Source: a bacterium (GTDB lineage Bacteria; Zhuqueibacterota; QNDG01; JAGLOF01). From it: DNA of 64,000 nt. The DNA is taken from NCBI GenBank assembly GCA_016934955.1, contig JAFGRY010000040.1, forward strand, positions 983-64,982. Reading direction: 5' to 3'. Every line of letters begins with the position of its first letter. Positions within the stretch are counted from its first letter, which is position 1. The translations under genes were made by a program, and so were the position numbers. Positions 10,225 through 21,256 of the stretch are shown piece after piece. The notes beneath the pieces are model-generated. The model made no database searches. It was not told where the DNA came from and saw nothing but the letters and a program-made list of their open reading frames with translations.

Positions 10225-10344
10225 CTATACCGCAGCCGCCTGCATCATCACTGCTGACAAAAAGAGCTTGCATCACCCCGTAAAAATGCGTACTATCAGA
10301 AATTCAGAACATACCGACACCCTTTCACCCATTCAGGAGGCTCC

Positions 10345-12255
10345 ATGAACAGTAAACGCCGTCTCTCGGTCACCGCGGCAGTGGTGGTACTGCTTACCGC
10401 CCTCTCCCTTCACGCCCAGAACTTCCCGGCAACCACCGATGATCCCGCCCTGCGGAACATCATCGAAATCGGACAGACAGACAACAAGACCATGACCTGG
10501 CTGGATTATTTCACCAACCGGTTCGGAGGACGCTACATCGGATCGGATGCCTATACAAACGCCGCCAACTGGGCCGTCTACCAGTTCCACAGCTGGGGCG
10601 TGCAGGCGGAACTGCAGGAAGTAGGAGAAATGCCGGTCGGCTTCAACCGCGGCCCCTGGTTCGGAAAAATGACGGCGCCGGAAGAAAAATCGCTCTATTT
10701 CGGCACCCCATCCTATACGGCCGGCACCAAAGGCGTGCAGCGGGGCGGTGTGGCCATTGCACCCGGCGACAGCCTGAAGATCCTGGACATGAAAGATTCA
10801 TTCCGTGACAAATGGGTGCTCATCAGCGACGCCGGTGATTTCGCGGCGCGAAGCGGCCGCGGACCGGGCAAGCCCTTCCTGGAGACCGTGCTTGAAGAAG
10901 CAGGCGCCCTCGGGAGCATCATGAGCGCCCGTGTGCCCCTTCAGATTCTCAACGCCAACGTCGATTCCTGGGACACCCTGCCCATTCTCCCCGACATCCG
11001 CCTCGATGAATCCCAGTATAAAGAGATAAAGGACCTGGTTGAAAAAGGCGAAGCGGTCGAGCTCGAATTCGAGATAAGAAACTGGTTCAAGATGGGGCCG
11101 GTGAAGTATCACAATGTCGTGGCCTGGATCCCCGGGACCGAACACCCCGACGAATATCTTATCATGAGCGGTCACCTTGACGCCTTCGACGGCGGCACCG
11201 GCGCCGTCGACTGCGGGTCCGGCATCACTCCCGCCATGGAGGCCATGCGGCTGCTGGCCAAAAGCGGCGTCAAACCGAAGCGGACCATCATGGCCATTCT
11301 CTTCGCCGGCGAGGAGGCCGGTATCCTCGGCGCTTCCGCCTGGGTGAAGCAGAATCCCAGCAAGCTTGAAAAGATAGCGGTGCTCATGAACCGGGACTAC
11401 ACTCCGGGAGCGATCACCGGGATCACCGTTCCCGCGTCATGGGAAGAGGATTTTCAGAAAATCGTCAAACCGCTGGAAGGCCTGAACGAGGAGTTCCCCT
11501 TTGAGGGAATTACCGTCAACCCCTACCCCGGCCCTCCCTCGACCCGGCTGGGAGGCACCGATGCCTCCGCGTTCCAGATGGTGAGCGTGCCGACCATCCG
11601 CTTCCGGGAAGAGTCGGGGTACAGCTACCGCCGCGCCTGGCACACCCTCTACGACACCTACAATGAAGTCGTCCCCTACAGCCGGCACCAGGAACACACC
11701 GCCCTCTGCCTGGCGATCATCGCCTACGGCATCGGCAACCTGGATCATCTGCTCTCCCGGGAGGGCATCTACCTCGATGACGGCCTCTACGCCGACATCA
11801 ACACAGACAAGGGCAGAATGATCGTCGAACTCGACTACCGCAACGCCCCGCTCACGGCGGCCAGTTTTACCAGGCTCTTTGAAAGCGAACGCGGCGGCAG
11901 AAGAGGCATGCGGGGATTCTTCGGGCGCGGAAGCAGGCCCCCCGCCATCGGCGTATTCGGCCGGGACGGCACGGCCACCCTGATCTCGGAATCGATTCTC
12001 GAACGGGCGGACAAGAAACTGCGGAAAGAGGCGAATCCCGACCTGAAACACGACGATGCCGGTGTGCTGGGCATGATGGACGGCAGGGGATTCTATCTGA
12101 CAACGAAAAAAATGAAGGAGTATGACGGCCGCTTCACGCCCATAGGCCAGGTGATGGTCGGACGTGACATCGTTAAAACCATCGCCGCCGGCGACTCCCT
12201 CCGCGGCGTCTCGATTATTCGGGTGGGAGAAAAAGCCGCTGCCTTCAATAACTGA
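10345..12255 (+). CDS. M28 family metallopeptidase (carboxypeptidase Q-like) with C-terminal cyclophilin-like domain
   Basis: Signal peptide; SGHLDA, GAVDCGSG, GEEAGILG, GGTD and WHTLYDT; tail LYADINTDKG...LKHDDAGVLGM...IIRVG. Confidence 0.8.
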   Translation: MNSKRRLSVTAAVVVLLTALSLHAQNFPATTDDPALRNIIEIGQTDNKTMTWLDYFTNRFGGRYIGSDAYTNAANWAVYQFHSWGVQAELQEVGEMPVGFNRGPWFGKMTAPEEKSLYFGTPSYTAGTKGVQRGGVAIAPGDSLKILDMKDSFRDKWVLISDAGDFAARSGRGPGKPFLETVLEEAGALGSIMSARVPLQILNANVDSWDTLPILPDIRLDESQYKEIKDLVEKGEAVELEFEIRNWFKMGPVKYHNVVAWIPGTEHPDEYLIMSGHLDAFDGGTGAVDCGSGITPAMEAMRLLAKSGVKPKRTIMAILFAGEEAGILGASAWVKQNPSKLEKIAVLMNRDYTPGAITGITVPASWEEDFQKIVKPLEGLNEEFPFEGITVNPYPGPPSTRLGGTDASAFQMVSVPTIRFREESGYSYRRAWHTLYDTYNEVVPYSRHQEHTALCLAIIAYGIGNLDHLLSREGIYLDDGLYADINTDKGRMIVELDYRNAPLTAASFTRLFESERGGRRGMRGFFGRGSRPPAIGVFGRDGTATLISESILERADKKLRKEANPDLKHDDAGVLGMMDGRGFYLTTKKMKEYDGRFTPIGQVMVGRDIVKTIAAGDSLRGVSIIRVGEKAAAFNN

Positions 12256-12276
12256 ACACTCCCTCCGCCGCATTCA

Positions 12277-12306
12277 CGGGACGCGTTTCGGCGCGTCCCG
12301 TTTTTT
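12277..12306 (+). terminator. Rho-independent terminator
   Basis: CGGGACGCG-tttcgg-CGCGTCCCG followed by TTTTTT. Confidence 0.8.
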
Positions 12307-12537
12307 ATACGGATACCAGCCGCCCTAAAAACCGCCTTGCCTTTTTCTGCAACCTTTGATATATTGCCCTGTCCAATCCTTACACATACATCATCATTGA
12401 TCGAGGTCCGGCTCCCGGCAGCACGGTCCGTGACGTCCGAACCGATCCGCTGCATTCGAATACATGCAACATGTATCGAAAAAATCGCTATACTAAAGGT
12501 ATTTCCAATTCCCGGGAAGCCAACAGAGGAGTTATTC

Positions 12538-14853
12538 ATGCACACCAGGATATGCAAACTGCTGCCGCTGTTTCTGCTGCTGCCGGTGCTGGCATTCGGC
12601 CAGACAGCGGATATCAGCGCTGATTCCATCTATGCAAACATTCATCACCTGAGCGTCACCATCGGTCCCCGGCCCATGGGATCCGCGGCCGAGAATGAAG
12701 CACTGGCCTGGACGGCGGCCCGTCTTCAATCGTTTGGAGCCGATTCGGTTTTCATCATGCCATACACCATCGCCGACGCCCACGGCGCCAGGATCAATAC
12801 GACCAGCGGCGTCAGTGTCGGCATCTTTCGGGGAGAAACGGACTCATCGATTGTTGTCGGCGGCCACATCGATTCAGACAGCAGGGAAATCCCCGGTGCA
12901 AACGATAACGCCTCCGGTCCGGCCACGATGCTCGAGCTGGCCCGTGTCTGGAGTCAGCGGCCCCGCCACTACACCATGATCTTCTGCGCCTTCGGCGGCG
13001 AGGAGCGGGGACTCATCGGATCCCACCATTTTGTGGATACGTACGAGGATATCGACAAGGTCGCGCTCATGTTCTCCATCGACATGACCGGCGCCGACGA
13101 CGACATTATCACCATCATGGAAACCGACACTATGAACGCTCCGGTCTGGCTGATGAAGGACGCCTTCGCCATGGACCGGGCCCTGGGAATCAACCGGCTC
13201 ACCTATCCAACCCACTTTGGAACGATCAACAATATAGGAGGAGGGGGCGCCGGTTCGGATCATATCCCCTTCCTGAAGAAACGGATTCCCGCCATGGATT
13301 TCACCCAGGGAATCAACCGCCACCCGATCCATACGCCCATGGACAGGATCGAATATATCGACCGGGACATGCTGGACACCTGCGCCCGGCTCATCGACGG
13401 GCTCCTGGTCAAATATCAAAGCAGCACCATCCCTTCCGGCAAGAGCGGCCGTTACATTCTCATGAATATATTCGGAAGAAACCTGTTCTTCCCTGGCTGG
13501 ACAGGATCGCTGCTCTTGCTGCTTGCGGTGGCGGCAGGTGTAACGGCCGTGCTTATCAGCAGGAAACAGCGGCTGATCATTCCCAAACCGGAACGGGTCC
13601 GTTTCTCGGGGTGGAAACTCTTCTTCATGTTTGCCGTGATGGTCATCTGCGTGCGTCTGGGAGATTCGGTCATGCAGCTGATCACCGGACTGCGCTATCC
13701 CTGGTTCCTGCATCTCTCCGCCCACCTCTGGTCGTCGCTTCTCTGGCTCGCCCTCGGAACCTGGGTCGTGCTCCAGCTCACCCGGAAATGGCGCTTCAGC
13801 CCCGATCCCTACGTCTATGCCAAGCGGGGGATAATAATCCTGTTTGTACTGACACTGCTCTTCGCCCTTGTCGGCGGCGGCCGCATGGCGGCCTACCCGG
13901 GTATCTCGCTTATCCTCTTCAGCCTGGCCCTGTCTATCCGCACGGGCTGGCTGAGGACGCTGTTCGTCGTTCTCGGGCCGCTCCCGCTGGCGAGGCTGAT
14001 GTTCATGGAGGCGTTCCCGTTTATGGCCCATTTCAACAGCTATGCCGGGTTCGAGATAGATTCCGCGGGAAGAGCCCTGCTCTTCAACACCGGCATCTTC
14101 CTGGTGCTGCTGCTCTGGTATCTCCCCTTCATCTTCACCTTCGCCTGGAATGCGGTTACGGTGAAGGGCGTCAGGCGAAGCCTTGTCGTCGCGAGAAGAC
14201 CGCTTTACGGCATTATCATTCTCGTCCTGACCCTGGCCTGCTCCGGCTACCTGGCAACCCTGCCCGCCTATAACGACATGTGGCGGCCCATGGTGCGCGT
14301 CGATGCCCGGTACAGTATGGAAACAGGCAAGAGCACCCTGGAGATCAAGGGTAACGAATATCTCCGGGATGTCAGCGTTACAACCGATTCCGTCTCACAG
14401 TACTACTCCGGCGGCGTCATATCTGAGAAACTGAACCACAGTTTCACCGCCGGCTGGATCGACGCCGGCGGCACTGAAACCTGTTCCCCTGTCACTGGAG
14501 ACACGATCAGGGTGAACTGCAGCTGGACCATTGCCGGCGAGCGTCCCTGGTACACGCTGACGGTCACTGTCTGGCCTGATACGCTCTCCATCTACGATGT
14601 GGACACTGATCTGGCCTATACCAGCCGCTACAGCACCTACAGTTTCACCTGGCAGGCCGAGCCGCCCAATCCCCTGCACATGCAGGCGGCGTTCACCATC
14701 GGCCCCGGCACCAATCTCATCCGTAGAATCGTCGGCGCCTTTCCCGAATTGCCGATTGACATGACGGTGAGTACCGACAACATGCCGGTGCGGTACAGAA
14801 CCTGGGTCACGAGAGTGGACACGCTGAAACTGGACATCGGAACAACAGAATAA
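12538..14853 (+). CDS. M28 family peptidase with multi-pass membrane domain (ERMP1/PFF1-like architecture)
   Basis: ATG 12538 after GAGGAG; GGHIDS, GANDNASG, GEERGLIGS, SIDM, GSDH and IHTPMD followed by about 8 TM helices. Confidence 0.82.
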   Translation: MHTRICKLLPLFLLLPVLAFGQTADISADSIYANIHHLSVTIGPRPMGSAAENEALAWTAARLQSFGADSVFIMPYTIADAHGARINTTSGVSVGIFRGETDSSIVVGGHIDSDSREIPGANDNASGPATMLELARVWSQRPRHYTMIFCAFGGEERGLIGSHHFVDTYEDIDKVALMFSIDMTGADDDIITIMETDTMNAPVWLMKDAFAMDRALGINRLTYPTHFGTINNIGGGGAGSDHIPFLKKRIPAMDFTQGINRHPIHTPMDRIEYIDRDMLDTCARLIDGLLVKYQSSTIPSGKSGRYILMNIFGRNLFFPGWTGSLLLLLAVAAGVTAVLISRKQRLIIPKPERVRFSGWKLFFMFAVMVICVRLGDSVMQLITGLRYPWFLHLSAHLWSSLLWLALGTWVVLQLTRKWRFSPDPYVYAKRGIIILFVLTLLFALVGGGRMAAYPGISLILFSLALSIRTGWLRTLFVVLGPLPLARLMFMEAFPFMAHFNSYAGFEIDSAGRALLFNTGIFLVLLLWYLPFIFTFAWNAVTVKGVRRSLVVARRPLYGIIILVLTLACSGYLATLPAYNDMWRPMVRVDARYSMETGKSTLEIKGNEYLRDVSVTTDSVSQYYSGGVISEKLNHSFTAGWIDAGGTETCSPVTGDTIRVNCSWTIAGERPWYTLTVTVWPDTLSIYDVDTDLAYTSRYSTYSFTWQAEPPNPLHMQAAFTIGPGTNLIRRIVGAFPELPIDMTVSTDNMPVRYRTWVTRVDTLKLDIGTTE

Positions 14854-14887
14854 AACAGTGCGGCAGAGAGAGGGAGAGGGTATCGGT

Positions 14888-17113
14888 ATGGCTGATGCAG
14901 CGCTGACCATGAAACAGCCGGCGAAACAGTTCGGCACCTTTTTGGGAGTGTTCACGCCCAGCGTCCTGACCATTCTCGGCGTCATGATGTACCTCCGTTT
15001 CGGCTGGGTGCTGGGCAACCTCGGGCTGCCCCTGACCCTGCTCCTGGTGCTCATGGCCAGCAGCATCACCTTCACCACCTGCCTCAGTTCCTCGGCGATC
15101 TCCACGAATATGCGGGTGGGGGTGGGCGGCGAATACTAGATGATATCACGCAGCGTCGGCCTTGAAATCGGCGGCGCTGTCGGGATTCCCCTTTTCCTCT
15201 GCCGTACCCTGAGTCTCACCCTCTACGCCTTCGGCCTGGCTGAATCGATCGCTCCCTTTTGGCCGGCCGGCTGGGGGCCGCCGCCGATACAGCTGCTCGC
15301 CGCGGGCGTCATTCTCATCGCCACGGCCGTTGCCGGGAAAAGCGCCGACCTCAGCCTGAAGCTGCAGCTGCCGATCATGGTCGCGGTGGCCGCGAGCCTC
15401 ATCGCCCTCGCGATTGGAGTGCTGAGCGGCGGCCTGCAGCAGCCCGAGCTGACGCCCCATTTTGAACGATCGGCCCCCGGGGGATTCTGGTTCGTGTTTG
15501 CCGTCTTTTTCCCGGCCGTCACCGGCTTCGGGGTCGGTATCGGTATGAGCGGCGACCTCAAGGATCCGAAAAAATCGATCCCCAAGGGAACGATCCTGGC
15601 GGTTATTACCGGCACGATCGTCTATCTCTCCATTCTTACGCTTCTCTCGCTGAGCGCAAAGGTAAATGGCACGGATCTCGCCGGCATCGATCCGTCCGCC
15701 CCGCCGGTCTGGACGAAAATCGCGTTTCTGGGCGCCGTGCTTGTCTACCCGGGTATGTGGGGCGCGATTCTCTCTTCGGCCATCGGCAGCATCCTCGGCG
15801 GCCCGAGAGTGCTCCAGGCGCTGGCCAGGGACCGGCTCGCCCCCTCTTTTCTGGGCCGTACAAGCAAAACGGGACAGCCCACGATCGCCACCTGGATCAC
15901 CGGCGCCATTGCCCTGGCGGCCGTATCGCTGGGGGACCTCAACGCCGTTGGCCGCTGGGTGACAATATTTTTCCTGACGCTCTACATTGTCATCAACCTC
16001 TCGGCGGCCCTGGAAAAAATCGTGGGCGACATTTCCTACCGTCCGACCATCAATGTTCCCTGGATCATCTCGCTCCTGGGGGCGCTCGGCGGATTCCTGG
16101 TGATGTTCCTCATCAACCCGCTCGCCTGTATCGTTGCCGTCACCATCGAGCTCGCACTCTACCTGTTTCTCAGGCGCCGGGCCCTGCGCGCCAGCTGGGG
16201 CGATGTCCGCGCCGGCATGTGGAGCGCCATCGCCCGCTTCGCGCTGATCAATCTGCAAAAAAAAGAGCGTCACGCCCGCAACTGGCGGCCCAATATTCTC
16301 CTTTTTTCCGCGAACCCGCTCCAGCGGATGATGCTGACCCGCATGGCGAACTGGTTCAACCAGAACAGAGGTATCGTCACCGTCTGTCAGACCATCGAAG
16401 GAGAGGTGGAAAAGAATATTGGTGATATCAGGACCAACCTTCGGAAAATGAGAGAGGAATTCAGGCTGCAGCAGGTACAGGCCTTCCCGGAAGTGCATGT
16501 GACGCAGGATTTCGCATCCGGCATTCTCGGAGTGGTACAGGCAAACGGATTCGCCGGTATGCAGTCGAATACTGTGATGTTCGGCTGGCCCGAGGATACC
16601 GGCAAGATAATCCGGCTCATTCGCATGGTGAGGGCGATCACAAGCATCAAGCGCAACACGCTCCTGGCCAGCCTGCCGCCGTCCCTGAACGTGAATCCCG
16701 AGGGTAAAATCGATGTCTGGTGGCGGGGCATGGAACATAACGGAGCGCTGATGCTGATGCTGGCCCATCTGCTCACCCTCAACCCCGCATGGCGAAGAAC
16801 AGTGCTCTATGTCCGTTCCATCGTCGACACGGACCGGGACAGAAGGGTCATGGAAGAAAAAATCAGCAGCATGATGGAGGAAGCGCGGATATCGGCCATC
16901 GCGGACGTTGTCGTCAAGGAGGAGAACACATCCTACATCGAGATGATCCACGCGGCCAGCGCCGATGCCGAAATCGTGTTTATCGGTCTCGGCTTGCCGG
17001 AGCCGGAGGATGAACAGGAATTCGCGGAACGGCTTCGTCTCATGGTCAGCGGTTTGCCGGCGGTTATCATGGTGCGCGGGGCCGAGTCTCTCATCGGCCA
17101 GCTGATCGAATAG
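14888..17113 (+). pseudogene. SLC12/cation-chloride cotransporter-like amino acid permease interrupted by one in-frame TAG at 15137-15139
   Basis: FGTFLGVFTPSVLTILGVMMYLRFGW...GGEY*MISRSVGLEIGG continues in the same frame into FAVFFPAVTG, SGDLKDP, NWRPNIL and IDVWW. The cause may be a nonsense mutation, readthrough or a sequencing error. Confidence 0.75.
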
Positions 17114-17227
17114 GTGAACTTTATCACGCGACAGGCGTATACTATACTGATGTGTGAATGCGCGAACCGGCAACACTGCGGTTGCGGTAACGCACCACCC
17201 TTAGTGAGGGAGTCTTAAGGAGGGATT

Positions 17228-17665
17228 ATGGAACAGGATAAAGCAACACCGAAGCAGGAATCGGCCCCGAAACCCGGCTCCGGCAAGGAAAAGAAGTCTG
17301 GAATAAAATCGGAATTTGAACAGATCAGGGGGAAAGCAGCCGATTTCGCCCATAAAGTCGGTGACCGGGCGCCGGATGTCGCCGAATCGGTCGTCCAGAA
17401 AACGAAAAAAGTGGCGGGTGTCATTGTCGAGAAAACGGAAGAAGCCGTTGTATACGGCAAGCTGAAACTGCAATTGCACAACCAGAAAAATCAGCTGAGC
17501 AAGGATCTCGCTTCTCTCGGCAGCCTGACGTTCGAGCTTCTGAAAAAGAAAGATTCCGACATCCATGAAAATAACGAAGTAAAGGCCGCGGCCGAAGCAG
17601 TAAAAAAATCGAAGAAACTCGTGGCGGACACCGAAAAAAAAGTCGCCGCGGTGGGAAAAGGATAA
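17228..17665 (+). CDS. Hypothetical Lys/Glu-rich coiled-coil protein
   Basis: AAGGAGG RBS, helical composition, followed by a terminator. Confidence 0.65.
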   Translation: MEQDKATPKQESAPKPGSGKEKKSGIKSEFEQIRGKAADFAHKVGDRAPDVAESVVQKTKKVAGVIVEKTEEAVVYGKLKLQLHNQKNQLSKDLASLGSLTFELLKKKDSDIHENNEVKAAAEAVKKSKKLVADTEKKVAAVGKG

Positions 17666-17691
17666 TACATCCGGACGACTACCGCTGTATG

Positions 17692-17719
17692 GCCTCCCCG
17701 GAAACGGGGAGGTTTTTTT
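17692..17719 (+). terminator. Rho-independent terminator
   Basis: CCTCCCCG-gaaa-CGGGGAGG hairpin followed by a T run. Confidence 0.8.
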
Positions 17720-17903
17720 ATCGACGCGACCATCGTACACCCGCAGGTCGGTGCCGGAGCCCGGAAGAGGGAATATATTTTAATATTATAAAATCAAGTG
17801 TTTTAATCTTTCGCTGTTAATTCATAATCCATAATCCATCATTCATAGTGCCGCAACTCCTTTATCCTTGTTTTTATAAACGGTTCCCCCTATATTGACC
17901 CAT

Positions 17904-19091
17904 ATGCCGACAACTGAATCGGACAGATCTCCCATGACGCCCAAACGGCGATTTCTCGCCGCACTGGACGGAAAGGTTCCGGACCGCCTTCCCGTCACGA
18001 CCCACCACCTGATGCCCTCCTTCCTGGAAACATTCGAAGAAGGCATCACCCCCTGGAATTTTTTTCACAAATACGGCCTGGACCCCATCGTCTGGATCAC
18101 TCCCGTACGCCCGGATCTTTCCCGGGGCGAGCGTTTCGATCCCGGGCACACGGCCGGTGACGCCATGGAACCGCGCAGAGTTGTCTCGGACACCTGGCGT
18201 ATCGTCGACGAACCCCTGCCGCATCCCCGGTTTCACACCCGCAGACTCACCTTCAGAACACCGCGACAGGATCTGAGCATGGTCCTGCAGTCGGACAGGC
18301 ATACGACCTGGGTCTCGGAACATCTGATAAAGAATAAAACCGATATCGACAGTATCGCGGCATATATGACCATCCCCCTCTGCGACACCGGGGCGTTGAA
18401 CCGGGAAGCCGCCCGCGTCGGTGAACAGGGCCTGATTCGCGGTCACGTCCCCGGATTCGACGGCTACGGGCAGCCCGGCTGCTGGCAGGATCTGGCCTGC
18501 CTCTTCGGCATTGAGAACCTCATCATGGCGGTCCATGACGATCCCGCCTGGGTGCACACCGCCCTTGGCGTGCTCCAATCCCGAAAACAGGCGTTCCTGG
18601 AATCGGCCGCCGGAGCCGGCTGGGATCTGCTGGAGCTTGGCGGCGGGGATGCCTCCACGACGGTCATCTCTCCCCGCATCTTCAATGATTTTGTCGCCCC
18701 CTACGATGCGCGGCTCATCGAAACCGCGTCCCGGTCGGGACTGCGCGTCGTGTATCACACCTGCGGTGGCATGATGCCCATTCTCGAAGATATCGCCGCC
18801 ATGAATCCCTCCGCCATGGAGACCTTCACACCCCCGTCGCTGGGTGGTGACACGGATCTGGCCGCCGCCAAGCGGCGTATAGGCGGACGGGTCTGCATGA
18901 TCGGAGGATTCGACCAGTTCACCTGGTTCCGCAACTGCCGTCCCGAGGAAACCCGGGCAGCCGTGAAAAACTGCTTTCAGGCGGCCGGTGAAGGAGGCGG
19001 CTTTATCCTTGCCCCTTCGGACCACTTTTTTGAAGCGGACACAGCCCTGCTGCGGGCGTTCGCGGAAGCCGCCCGTGAATGCGTATACTGA
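17904..19091 (+). CDS. Uroporphyrinogen decarboxylase superfamily protein (MtaA/CmuA-like)
   Basis: MTPKRRFLAAL...PDRLPV, ISPRIF, YHTCGG, IGGFDQ and GGGFILAPSDH; start 17904 or 17934. Confidence 0.8.
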   Translation: MPTTESDRSPMTPKRRFLAALDGKVPDRLPVTTHHLMPSFLETFEEGITPWNFFHKYGLDPIVWITPVRPDLSRGERFDPGHTAGDAMEPRRVVSDTWRIVDEPLPHPRFHTRRLTFRTPRQDLSMVLQSDRHTTWVSEHLIKNKTDIDSIAAYMTIPLCDTGALNREAARVGEQGLIRGHVPGFDGYGQPGCWQDLACLFGIENLIMAVHDDPAWVHTALGVLQSRKQAFLESAAGAGWDLLELGGGDASTTVISPRIFNDFVAPYDARLIETASRSGLRVVYHTCGGMMPILEDIAAMNPSAMETFTPPSLGGDTDLAAAKRRIGGRVCMIGGFDQFTWFRNCRPEETRAAVKNCFQAAGEGGGFILAPSDHFFEADTALLRAFAEAARECVY

Positions 19092-19103
19092 GGCGGAATA
19101 TAT

Positions 19104-19139
19104 AAAAAATTCGGGGCGGCCACTATCGTGACCGCCCCG
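19104..19139 (-). terminator. Rho-independent terminator between convergent genes
   Basis: CGGGGCGG...CCGCCCCG hairpin with an A run on the + strand (U tract on -). Confidence 0.6.
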
Positions 19140-19182
19140 CAGCCCTCTGTTTACAATCAGCGCGATCAGCCGCCCGCTCCTG

Positions 19183-21045
19183 TCACTTCACCTCGACGAC
19201 GGTGCTGATAATCGAGCTTCCCCTGCCGGTAGGCAGAAACAGCCGGCTTCTGAGCACTCCCGGACTTTCGAATACAAGCGAGTCACTGAATACCGGTGAC
19301 GAGACCGACGGTTCGCTGCCGTCCACTGTGTACCTGATAATCCCGAATCCGGCTGGATTATCAATGGTCACCGCTCCGCCGGCCCTCACCTGCACCGTGT
19401 CCGCGATCACCGGTGTGGGGATACGGAAATTCGCATCCATATACATATACCGCTGATACTGCTTCTGAATACGGTGGCTGAAATCATCCCAGTCACGTAG
19501 CTGTTTCCAGGTCCAGACCGCTTCGGCCAGGGCGCTCACCCGCGGCATCAGCATATATTCGCAGTAGTCCTCGCTGGCGATATACTCGGTCCAGACGTTG
19601 GCCTGGCCGCCGATAATGTGCGCCTGCTGCTCCTCGGTGAGGCTGTCCGCAGGGGTGGGCTCGAACTCATAGACTTTTTTCAGAGGCAGGAACCCCCCGA
19701 TCGCCAGGGGCTCAATCGCCCGATCGGCCTGGGCGTAATCAAAATAACAGTAGGTGGTGGGTGTCATGATGACATCATGATTCTGACGGGCGGCGGCGAT
19801 ACCCCCGTTCATACCCCGCCATGACATCACGGTCGCTCCGGGCGCAAGGCCCCCTTCGAGTATCTCATCCCAGCCGATCAGCTGACGGCCGTGCTCATTG
19901 AGAAAGCGTTCGATTCGCCTGATGAAATAACTCTGCAATTCGTGCTCATTATGAAGCCCCTCATCCGCTATCCGCTTCTGGCAGTCGGGACAGGCTTCCC
20001 ACCGGTCTTTGGGCGCTTCGTCACCACCGATGTGAATGTAGGTGGACGGAAAGAGATCCATTACTTCCAGCAGCACATTTTCCAGAAATGTAAAGGTTTC
20101 TTCCTTACCCGCACAGTAGATATCTTTTGAGATGCCCCAGATGGTCCGCACTTCAAACGGACCCCCGGTGCACGACAGCTCGGGATACGCGGCGAGAGCC
20201 GCCACCGAATGCCCGGGCATCTCGATTTCCGGAATCACCGTGATGAACCGGTCGGCTGCATACCGCACAATATCACGGATATCATCCTGGGTATAGTAAC
20301 CGCCGTAGCGGGTGCGGTCATAGCGGCGGGGCGTGTCGCTGTAGTGACCGACCAGGGTCTCGTTCCGGTATGCCGAGATGGCGGTCAGTTTGGGGTATTT
20401 CTTGATTTCGATCCGCCATCCCTGATCTTCGGTCAAATGCCAGTGAAAGGTGTTCAGTTTATGCATTGCCATGTAGTCGAGATACTTTTTAATGAAGGAT
20501 ACAGGAAAATAGTGCCGGCAGACATCGAGATGCAGACCCCGGTAGGCGTAGCGGGGGGCGTCCTCGATAACCACGCAGGGAACACTCCAGCTTACGGCCT
20601 CTGCCGAAGGGCGCGGCCGATAAATGGGTGCGGGAAGCAGCTGCAGCAGGGTCTGCACCCCGTAGAAAAGCCCGGCTGCGTCAGCGGCTTTCAGCACGAC
20701 ACCGTCCGGATTCACTCTCAAACTGTACCCTTCAGGTTCGATGCCCGATACACCGGCCTGCAATAAAAGCGTATTGAAGCCGCCCGCCCCCACAATGATA
20801 TCGGGATGGTTGCCTGTGCTCTTTTCCAGGCAGGCGGCGAGATGATCGGCCACCCGGCGCACCGCCTCATTTTCATCCTCAAGCACGATCTTGAAATCAG
20901 ATGTGATCAGAAACTCGCCGGCAAGGATTTTCTCTGAAACCGGCCTGGGGATGATATCCAGCTGCGAATTCGCCGGTGCTCCGCATGAGAGGAAAAATGC
21001 GGCGGCGGCTGTCAAAACTGTCACCAGGAACATGTTTTTTATCAT
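19183..21045 (-). CDS. GH20 beta-N-acetylhexosaminidase, lipoprotein, with C-terminal Fn3-associated domain
   Basis: FFLSC lipobox; YRGLHLDVCRH, FHWHLTEDQGWR, PEIEMPGH, HIGGDE and WTEY; tail IRYTVDGSEP. Confidence 0.93.
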   Translation of the reverse strand: MIKNMFLVTVLTAAAAFFLSCGAPANSQLDIIPRPVSEKILAGEFLITSDFKIVLEDENEAVRRVADHLAACLEKSTGNHPDIIVGAGGFNTLLLQAGVSGIEPEGYSLRVNPDGVVLKAADAAGLFYGVQTLLQLLPAPIYRPRPSAEAVSWSVPCVVIEDAPRYAYRGLHLDVCRHYFPVSFIKKYLDYMAMHKLNTFHWHLTEDQGWRIEIKKYPKLTAISAYRNETLVGHYSDTPRRYDRTRYGGYYTQDDIRDIVRYAADRFITVIPEIEMPGHSVAALAAYPELSCTGGPFEVRTIWGISKDIYCAGKEETFTFLENVLLEVMDLFPSTYIHIGGDEAPKDRWEACPDCQKRIADEGLHNEHELQSYFIRRIERFLNEHGRQLIGWDEILEGGLAPGATVMSWRGMNGGIAAARQNHDVIMTPTTYCYFDYAQADRAIEPLAIGGFLPLKKVYEFEPTPADSLTEEQQAHIIGGQANVWTEYIASEDYCEYMLMPRVSALAEAVWTWKQLRDWDDFSHRIQKQYQRYMYMDANFRIPTPVIADTVQVRAGGAVTIDNPAGFGIIRYTVDGSEPSVSSPVFSDSLVFESPGVLRSRLFLPTGRGSSIISTVVEVK

Positions 21046-21256
21046 GGTCTGAACCTCCGATATGTATGGATGTACACTCTCTTTGCATAACCAGGTGACG
21101 CCTGCAGGGGCGGTGTGATTGAATGCTCCATGGAAATTCCCTGCTAATTGCAGCGGCTGGTCCGCTTCCAGTCCTTTTCCGGGCTACGTTTCCGCTTCGC
21201 TCCGTCTTATCAGTGTCAGTGTCAGCATTATCGCCAGCCTGCGGGGGGCCGGATGG

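Noticed and set aside
15137-15139. Genome-wide TAG recoding or pyrrolysine usage
   Set aside because: Several genes terminate at TAG at sensible C-termini, and no pyl genes are in the window; kept only as a local anomaly.
15146-17176. 676-aa ORF antisense to the SLC12-like gene
   Set aside because: Shadow ORF of a GC-rich gene with no recognisable motifs; the + strand carries the conserved family motifs. The same applies to other long antisense ORFs such as 12874-14031, 17874-19025, 50896-52065 and 58167-59522.
21185-21230. Short CAGTGT hexamer run between GH29 and GH20
   Set aside because: Fewer than three full units; too little to support a functional call.
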